From NCBI GenBank assembly GCA_040235515.1, contig JBECKX010000026.1, positions 1 to 12,052 on the forward strand: 12,052 bases of DNA, given 5' to 3'. Shown here in pieces: positions 6,727 to 12,052 of this stretch. How positions within the stretch are numbered: the stretch's first letter is position 1; each line of letters opens with the position of its first letter. Source of the stretch: Candidatus Zixiibacteriota bacterium. Lineage in GTDB: Bacteria; Zixibacteria; MSB-5A5; CAIYYT01. Made by a program: the position numbers and the translations under genes. The notes beneath the pieces are model-generated. The model was not told where the DNA came from, ran no database searches, and was given only the letters and a program-made list of their open reading frames with translations.

Positions 6727-8244
6727 CTAGCGGGTCATCTCTGCGAGAATGGCAGGCAAATCGGGCAGGATCGCTTTCTTGATCTGGAAACTGTAACGCC
6801 CATCAACCGCTGCTATCTGATCGGTTTCCGCGCGAAACGCGCAGACCAGGTTGGCGATCAGGTTGTCGGTGTAAAGATTGTATAGCTGAATCTCCTGCGG
6901 TCCCGCGATGATGGCATACTTCTCACCATTATAGCGCCTCTGACCGAACAGCGTCGTTATTCTGTCACCCTCAAGCTCGCTCAATTCCGGACGCGCTCCG
7001 AGGAACACCGTATCGCTGCAGTTTATGAGGTAACAATCCGTGTTGCTGCTGCAACTCAGATCGTCGGAACGGTAAATCTCCTTGAGCCCGTCCGACTCCG
7101 CAGGCAGGGTAATGGCATAGTCGGCAACACTCGACGAAACAAACTGACTCCAGGAATCATTCAACTCCCGGAAGCGGTCATTCAGATCCATGCTCGCGAC
7201 TCTGTCTTGTGATCCGCTGTAGTCTCGGTAGAGCGCAAGGAACTGATCCAACCCTTCCTGCTGGATGAGATAGTTACAGAAGACGCCACTGATCGGATAG
7301 CTAATCGATGGGTGTGTGCCGTTGAAGCCATCGTAAGAAAGCACCTCTTCAATCTCAGCCATCCCTGATCGGACGAGAAACGTGCCAAGCTCGGCGAGCA
7401 CGTGAGGTTCCTTGCCACCACGTCCACCCCATGCAACTGCTATACCCTCCTGCAGTAATGGATGGGTAAAGAGTGGAAGCCGTCTGAGCTTGAAGTTGAT
7501 CAGCAGGTGCACCAGTTCGTGGTAGTGGCACTTGAAACAGGTCACGATGCGGTCGGACGCCAGCTCATACATTCCACGACTTTCGTAGCCGGTCACTTCC
7601 CTGACCTGTTCAGGATCCCGGCACAGGAGGTACTGGATCTTGTTGTGCTCGAAGGTCTGTAACTCCTGCTCGGTGAAGTCCAGCTTCGTTGCCATTTCGC
7701 TGAAGAATTCCTCGAGCCGCGCCGTCGAGAACTCGTTGAGAAGCGATGAGTCGGCCACGATGAATTCAAAATGCTCGGTAACGAAGCGGGGCCAGTTGCG
7801 AATGTGGTAGCTGGATGGAAGGATCAGTTTTCCGTCGCGGAGATAGAATTGCTGCTCGTACTCAGGCTGGGTGCACTTCAACGTGAGGAGTCTGTAGTTA
7901 TCCTCCAACGGATCGATTGCCGTCTCATACTGGATAGTTCCCGCAATGATACCGGTCTTGACCTGATCGGGAAGCCCATGAGCGATCAGAGATTTGTTGA
8001 CGACGCCGTCATACGTGATGCCAAGTCGACTCTCCAGCCGCAACTGATCCCTCGACACCCATGCGGAGAGCGAGGAGTCCTCTCGACAGATTGCCAACAC
8101 CAGCCGCTCGGTATCGGAAGCGGGTCGCGACACTGCCGGCGCTGCGCTCACAGGCGCATATCCGAAGACGGTAGCCGCGATGAGCAGAGTTGCGCCGAGA
8201 ATTTTCGTTTGCACGCGTATCGCTGTAACTGAAACCGAATTCAC
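6727..8244 (-). CDS. Exported hypothetical protein with a gluzincin-type (peptidase clan MA-like) zinc-binding motif
   Basis: Signal-peptide-like N-terminus (KILGATLLIAATVFGYAPVSA). HELVH (7521-7507) is followed 19 residues later by E in PLLQEGIA, then SYPISGVFCNYL. The GTG start is uncertain. Confidence 0.7.
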   Translation of the reverse strand: MNSVSVTAIRVQTKILGATLLIAATVFGYAPVSAAPAVSRPASDTERLVLAICREDSSLSAWVSRDQLRLESRLGITYDGVVNKSLIAHGLPDQVKTGIIAGTIQYETAIDPLEDNYRLLTLKCTQPEYEQQFYLRDGKLILPSSYHIRNWPRFVTEHFEFIVADSSLLNEFSTARLEEFFSEMATKLDFTEQELQTFEHNKIQYLLCRDPEQVREVTGYESRGMYELASDRIVTCFKCHYHELVHLLINFKLRRLPLFTHPLLQEGIAVAWGGRGGKEPHVLAELGTFLVRSGMAEIEEVLSYDGFNGTHPSISYPISGVFCNYLIQQEGLDQFLALYRDYSGSQDRVASMDLNDRFRELNDSWSQFVSSSVADYAITLPAESDGLKEIYRSDDLSCSSNTDCYLINCSDTVFLGARPELSELEGDRITTLFGQRRYNGEKYAIIAGPQEIQLYNLYTDNLIANLVCAFRAETDQIAAVDGRYSFQIKKAILPDLPAILAEMTR

Positions 8245-8266
8245 ATCGGTTCTACACCGGCGAATC

Positions 8267-8767
8267 TCAGAATGACCAATTTATGATCGGAAACACCGGG
8301 AACGCGCCCCCCTGCCGGATGATGTTCACCAATCCGATCTGCAGCCCTTTCATGGAACGGGCGTAATTGACGATACCGAATTGCACTCCGCTGGCGTAGT
8401 TGGCTGTATTCACCAGACCGGTCTGCAACCCTTCAGCATTGCCTCCCGTGATGTTCACCGCGCCATCCTGCCAGCCGGTGAAGTGGTTGTCATTGAGGTT
8501 GACGATTCCCCACTGAATACCGGTCGAGATTCCCGAAGTCGTATGATTAACCAGCCCCCAATCAAGCCCGGTAACGCTGACATTCTTGCCGTAGATCAGG
8601 TTGATCCGGATGCCCGCGATCGGGCTCTCAGGTTTGAAAATCTGTATCGGCGAAACCAGCGCGAGTTGAATCGGTTTGGATTGTGCCTGAGCGCTGCCGA
8701 TGCTGGTTAACGAGACGATGATTGCGAGGGCAATTACAGTGAGTTCGCCCATTTTGCTCTGTTTCAC
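8267..8767 (-). CDS. Exported GxQxGxxN-repeat protein (resembles LA_2272-type surface repeat proteins)
   Basis: GGAGGT SD 5 nt before GTG, signal peptide ending AQA-Q, six 14-16 aa repeats and C-terminal PIINWSF. Confidence 0.8.
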   Translation of the reverse strand: MKQSKMGELTVIALAIIVSLTSIGSAQAQSKPIQLALVSPIQIFKPESPIAGIRINLIYGKNVSVTGLDWGLVNHTTSGISTGIQWGIVNLNDNHFTGWQDGAVNITGGNAEGLQTGLVNTANYASGVQFGIVNYARSMKGLQIGLVNIIRQGGAFPVFPIINWSF

Positions 8768-8866
8768 GGTCTACCTCCAGAAGGATTTCTCGAACTGACG
8801 ACTTGTTTCCAATTGGTCTTCCTGCCACTCTCAGTGAGTCGAGCACGAACTCCTATCTGCAATCTA

Positions 8867-8896
8867 TATGACTGTTTTCCGAGCGAGGAAGTTTCA
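8867..8896 (-). promoter_or_regulatory. Putative ECF (RpoE-like) sigma promoter for the repeat-protein gene
   Basis: Minus strand TGAAACTT-N16-GTCATA, about 100 bp upstream of GTG 8767. It resembles GAACTT-N16/17-(G)TCnnA promoters. Confidence 0.4.
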
Positions 8897-8948
8897 GAGT
8901 ATATTGCCTGCCCTGATCTCTTTGAGCCGACAAGCGCCACAGCCGAGT

Positions 8949-8964
8949 TTTAACAGATGTTAAA
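8949..8964. promoter_or_regulatory. Perfect palindrome TTTAACA-GA-TGTTAAA (candidate operator)
   Basis: 7-2-7 inverted repeat in the AT-rich divergent intergenic region. Confidence 0.45.
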
Positions 8965-9062
8965 TAATCCTAATCCATTTGGCGCAGCGCAACTAATAGC
9001 GCCATTATCAGTCTACAAAGAACTGGAAAGAGAATAGTTTCAATACGAGAGAAAGGAACCGC

Positions 9063-10790
9063 ATGAACTTCCCCGGCTATATTCGATTGGCTCTGGTCCT
9101 GCTCCTCTTCATGAGCACGCGTCAATTGGCAGCGTTGGAAATACCTGAGCAGGTGGTGAATGGCAACATCGGCAGAGAACTGGACGGCTTCCTGCATCGG
9201 CTGGAAGCGTTCGGATTCAGCGGAAGTGTACTGGTGGCACAGGAAGGCGAAATCCTGCTTCACAAAGCCTATGGGATGGCGAGCATACCCGACGCCATCG
9301 CGAATCATACCAACACACTCTTCTCGACCGGATCAGTGACCAAGCAATTTACCGCGGCAGGAATCATGGCACTTGAGAGTGAAGGAAAATTAAGTGTCAA
9401 AGACCCGATTTCGAAGTTCTTCGCCGACGTCCCTCCAGACAAGCGCGGGATAACGATCCACCAACTGCTCACCCACACCGCCGGATTCCCACCGCAGATC
9501 GGACCCGATGACGAATACATCACGCGCGATCAGTTTGTGGCGGAGCTGTTGAGCACGCCGCTCGATTTCGATCCGGGAGAGAAGTATCAATACTCTAACG
9601 CAGGCTATTCTCTGGCGGCGGCGATCATTGAGATTGTCAGTGGCAAAGACTATGAGTCTTACCTACAGGAGAAACTCTTCCGACCGGCCGGACTGGAGCA
9701 CACGGGACTGCGGCGGATCAACCTCGTCGATACTCTGGTCGCGCACTCGCAGAACGCGGCAACGGGCTACAAGTCACCTGCCGAGAGACCCGCTGAATCG
9801 TGGTACATCAATGGCTGCGGCGGCATCCTCTCGACTCCCGCCGATCTCTACCGCTGGCATCTCGCCCTCAAGAACAATGAAGCGCTACCCAACGCGCAAG
9901 TCGTGAAGCTCTTCACTCCATATGTCCGCGAGCACCCCGACGGTCCGACATTTTACGGCTACGGCTGGGTGGTTCAGCAGTCACAGAGGCGACAGTCCAC
10001 AGTTCACTGGCACAATGGCGGCGCAACGCCACCAAACTGGGGCTGCGCTATCTACCACTATACCGATGACGACGCAGTCTTTATCGTCTTCGTGAACAAT
10101 TTCATGGGTGGAGAAAACCCCGTGGATGGCATCGCGCTCACAATGTCGCAGCTAGTGTTCGGTGAAGAGTACGCAGCACCACCCGAATCAGCGACGCTTT
10201 CTGCGGAGCAACAGGAGAGGCTATCAGGCATTTATCAACTGGATCAGGACGCGGAAATCCAGGTTGCCTGCACAGACCATGCTATCATCCTGACCCCCAG
10301 CGGGCAGGCTGCATTCGATCTGCTCTTCCCGAACCCGCTGCCGGATGAAGCACGTAGATGCAACGCACTGATCGAAGAAATGATCAACTTGATCCAGCAG
10401 GGGGATTTTGCAGCGGCCGCCGCGATGTGGGACATACCTGACCCGGAGTGGATTGCGCAGACGCTGAAAGAGTGGTGGTCCGAGTATGAGAGGCTCGGAG
10501 AATTCAAGGGAATCAAGGTACTGGGAACACGTATTGGCGAGGAAGCCTTTGCCTCATTTGAGCTGAGCTTCACAGGTGGCGCAGTGCAGTGTCGTACCGC
10601 GTGGCATCAAGGCAAATGCGCCGGTATCACGGAAGCCGAACCTCCGGTGCAACGACTGATTGCGACACCGGACGGCAGCTTCACCGGCTTTACATTGATG
10701 CTGGGCAAAACACCAACTGCGAGGATAACGGGCAATACACTCACTATCGATAATGGGCTGACCGTCGCTAAGGCGATGCGGCGGATGTAA
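9063..10790 (+). CDS. Exported serine hydrolase, beta-lactamase class C / PBP-like family, with a long C-terminal extension
   Basis: SxxK (GSVTK), LLTHTAG, YxN (YQYSN), GYGW and HNGG motifs. Signal peptide ending QLAA. SD AAAGGA. Confidence 0.92.
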   Translation: MNFPGYIRLALVLLLFMSTRQLAALEIPEQVVNGNIGRELDGFLHRLEAFGFSGSVLVAQEGEILLHKAYGMASIPDAIANHTNTLFSTGSVTKQFTAAGIMALESEGKLSVKDPISKFFADVPPDKRGITIHQLLTHTAGFPPQIGPDDEYITRDQFVAELLSTPLDFDPGEKYQYSNAGYSLAAAIIEIVSGKDYESYLQEKLFRPAGLEHTGLRRINLVDTLVAHSQNAATGYKSPAERPAESWYINGCGGILSTPADLYRWHLALKNNEALPNAQVVKLFTPYVREHPDGPTFYGYGWVVQQSQRRQSTVHWHNGGATPPNWGCAIYHYTDDDAVFIVFVNNFMGGENPVDGIALTMSQLVFGEEYAAPPESATLSAEQQERLSGIYQLDQDAEIQVACTDHAIILTPSGQAAFDLLFPNPLPDEARRCNALIEEMINLIQQGDFAAAAAMWDIPDPEWIAQTLKEWWSEYERLGEFKGIKVLGTRIGEEAFASFELSFTGGAVQCRTAWHQGKCAGITEAEPPVQRLIATPDGSFTGFTLMLGKTPTARITGNTLTIDNGLTVAKAMRRM

Positions 10791-10799
10791 CCGGACCAA

Positions 10800-11360
10800 T
10801 CAGCCGTTCAGGCTCGGCAGGCTGAGAGGTGTGTCGTTCGCGGTAAGGAGTCTCACGCCCTTTCCCCGGTACAGAGATGGGCAATTCAACTGCTCGAGCA
10901 GTCTGTAATCCGCAAAGGGAAACTCGACACGCTCGATGAATCCTCCGGTCGGCGGCGGGCAGGAAGCTTCCTGCACCTCGATCAATGGGTGCCCACTCCG
11001 TTTCAGCCATGCCACTCGCATGCGCGAGAGCGTTTCGAAGCTGTGCGGGTGCAATTGCCAGCCATCATCAGGTATAGCATGCAAGAACCTGTCGAGGTCT
11101 GGTACATCGATTGCCAGATGGTGCAACCCCGCACCGCGCAACTGTAGCGCTCGCTGATAGGGGCCGGCGGACACCGGTTGAATTAAGAGGAGTCGCCCGG
11201 AGAGCGAGTCATCACCAACGTAGAGCTCACGAGTCCCTTCACGGGGGAAGTGCTCGATTGCACCATGAAGTGCAACTGCCACATCGAGTGCGGCGACCTC
11301 TGTTTCTATCTTTTCTACAACAAGTGCTACATGATTTAGCAATGACTCAGGCATCCGCAA
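10800..11360 (-). CDS. VOC (glyoxalase/methylmalonyl-CoA epimerase-like) family protein
   Basis: LNHVALVV, GAGLHHLAIDVPDL and LIEVQE. AGGGG lies 6 nt before TTG 11360 (alternative ATG 11354). Confidence 0.8.
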   Translation of the reverse strand: MRMPESLLNHVALVVEKIETEVAALDVAVALHGAIEHFPREGTRELYVGDDSLSGRLLLIQPVSAGPYQRALQLRGAGLHHLAIDVPDLDRFLHAIPDDGWQLHPHSFETLSRMRVAWLKRSGHPLIEVQEASCPPPTGGFIERVEFPFADYRLLEQLNCPSLYRGKGVRLLTANDTPLSLPSLNG

Positions 11361-11489
11361 CGATAGCCCCTGAGAGTTGCGCTGTCAAGAGCTGCCGGAA
11401 CGTTCGGAAATGAAACGCAGCGCACCGAAGACGCCTTCAGGCTGCCTTCGGTCACCGCTTCAGGCAACGCCGGCTTGTCCGCCGTCGCT

Positions 11490-11516
11490 TAAGCAAATCA
11501 AGTCGCTGTCCGAATA
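11490..11516 (+). promoter_or_regulatory. Putative sigma28 (FliA/WhiG/SigD)-like promoter upstream of the PilB/GspE-type gene
   Basis: TAAG-N15-TCCGAATA versus consensus TAAA-N15-GCCGATAA. The spacing is exact. Confidence 0.4.
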
Positions 11517-11570
11517 CTGTATGAGAAGGCATATAGCGTTTCGTCCACTCATCATCAGCTGTCGGAGTCT

Positions 11571-12052
11571 ATGGGTAATAACAAACGAATCGGTGACATC
11601 CTCATCGAGCGTGGTCTGCTCACGCGCGAACAGCTTGAGAATCTCCTCGAGGAACAATCGAAGACGGGCCAACGCCTCGGCCAGATGCTCCTCGCCAAGA
11701 ATCTGATCTCCGAAGAGGACCTTGTTGATGTAATCTCGAAGCGCCTCGATATCCCGGTGATCAGCCTCGAGAATCTCGTCATCGATGACGCCGTGATCGA
11801 GATCATACCGCTGAACATCGCCAGGAAGCACACGTTGATTCCGGTATTCAAGCTCGGCACCACCCTGACGGTTGCAATGTCAGACCCCTTGGACGTTCTC
11901 GCCCTCGACGAGCTGAAATATCTGACAAACTTGCGCATCAACCGCGCGGTCGCCACGACTTCCCAGATCAAGCAGGCAATCGACCAATGCTATTCGCTCC
12001 GTGATTCGATGGCCGAGGTAATCCGCGACATTGGTGAGGAAGAGCGTGAAAC
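11571..12052 (+). CDS. Type IV pilus / type II secretion ATPase (PilB/GspE family), N-terminal MshEN domain; partial, truncated by the window edge
   Basis: Manual translation with no stop before the edge: MGNNKRIGDILIERGLLTREQLENLLEEQSKTGQRLGQMLLAKNLISEEDLVDVISKRLDIPVISLENLVIDDAVIEIIPLNIARKHTLIPVFKLGTTLTVAMSDPLDVLALDELKYLTNLRINRAVATTSQIKQAIDQCY... It has tandem RLGxxL motifs and LTVAMSDP. GGAG at 11564-11567. The ATPase domain itself is not visible. Confidence 0.88.
   Translation, partial: MGNNKRIGDILIERGLLTREQLENLLEEQSKTGQRLGQMLLAKNLISEEDLVDVISKRLDIPVISLENLVIDDAVIEIIPLNIARKHTLIPVFKLGTTLTVAMSDPLDVLALDELKYLTNLRINRAVATTSQIKQAIDQCYSLRDSMAEVIRDIGEEERE

Noticed and set aside
8628..8846. 72-aa minus-strand ORF with a nearby AGGAG, overlapping the repeat-protein gene
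   Set aside because: The SD is only 3 nt from the GTG, the ORF overlaps a well-supported gene out of frame, and it has no recognisable protein features.
9063..10790. Calling the serine hydrolase a true AmpC beta-lactamase (resistance gene)
   Set aside because: The third motif is HNG rather than KTG and there is a long C-terminal extension. The family includes many peptidases and esterases, so activity cannot be assigned from sequence.
46..11413. Numerous other antisense or alternate-frame ORFs (e.g. 164..697, 1391..1984, 2185..2601, 2768..3142, 5288..5674, 7771..8232, 8970..9308)
   Set aside because: They overlap motif-supported genes, lack family motifs, and are expected by-products of GC-rich codon usage.
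11400..11490. Hairpin ACCGAAG/CTTCGGT (11424-11452) and repeated CTTCAGGC upstream of the MshEN gene, considered as a c-di-GMP riboswitch
   Set aside because: It lacks the GGCAAAC...GAAA...GACGCAAA core of class I riboswitches, and I see no class II kink-turn pattern. It also lies upstream of the putative promoter. An Rfam/Infernal search would settle it.
11514..11535. TACTGTATGAGAAGGCAT as an SOS (LexA) box
   Set aside because: Only the left CTGT half matches; the required ACAG after N8 is absent.
11377..11971. ORF-track entries 11377..11706(+), 11460..11831(-) and 11555..11971(-)
   Set aside because: These are shadow frames of the real MshEN/PilB-type gene starting at 11571.

Overview
Moderately GC-rich, gene-dense bacterial chromosomal window. 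I see no rRNA, tRNA, CRISPR array or mobile element. From left to right: (1) a GAF-PAS-AAA+-HTH sigma54 enhancer-binding protein, tandem palindromic enhancer-like sites, a near-consensus -24/-12 promoter, a one-cysteine OsmC-family gene and an intrinsic terminator; (2) a minus-strand pair (alpha/beta hydrolase and PIG-L/LmbE deacetylase) divergent from a bifunctional ada gene that appears to be leaderless; (3) a ZnT9-like CDF metal transporter; (4) three predicted exported proteins (an HEXXH metallopeptidase-like protein, a GxQxGxxN-repeat protein and a beta-lactamase-fold serine hydrolase); (5) a VOC/glyoxalase-family protein; (6) the 5' end of a PilB/GspE-type ATPase with a tandem MshEN c-di-GMP-binding motif, which the ORF track missed because it runs off the window. 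I cannot show a wholly new system from sequence alone. The best candidate is the sigma54 activator-enhancer-OsmC(Cys/Ser) module next to thiol-conjugate and alkylation-stress genes.
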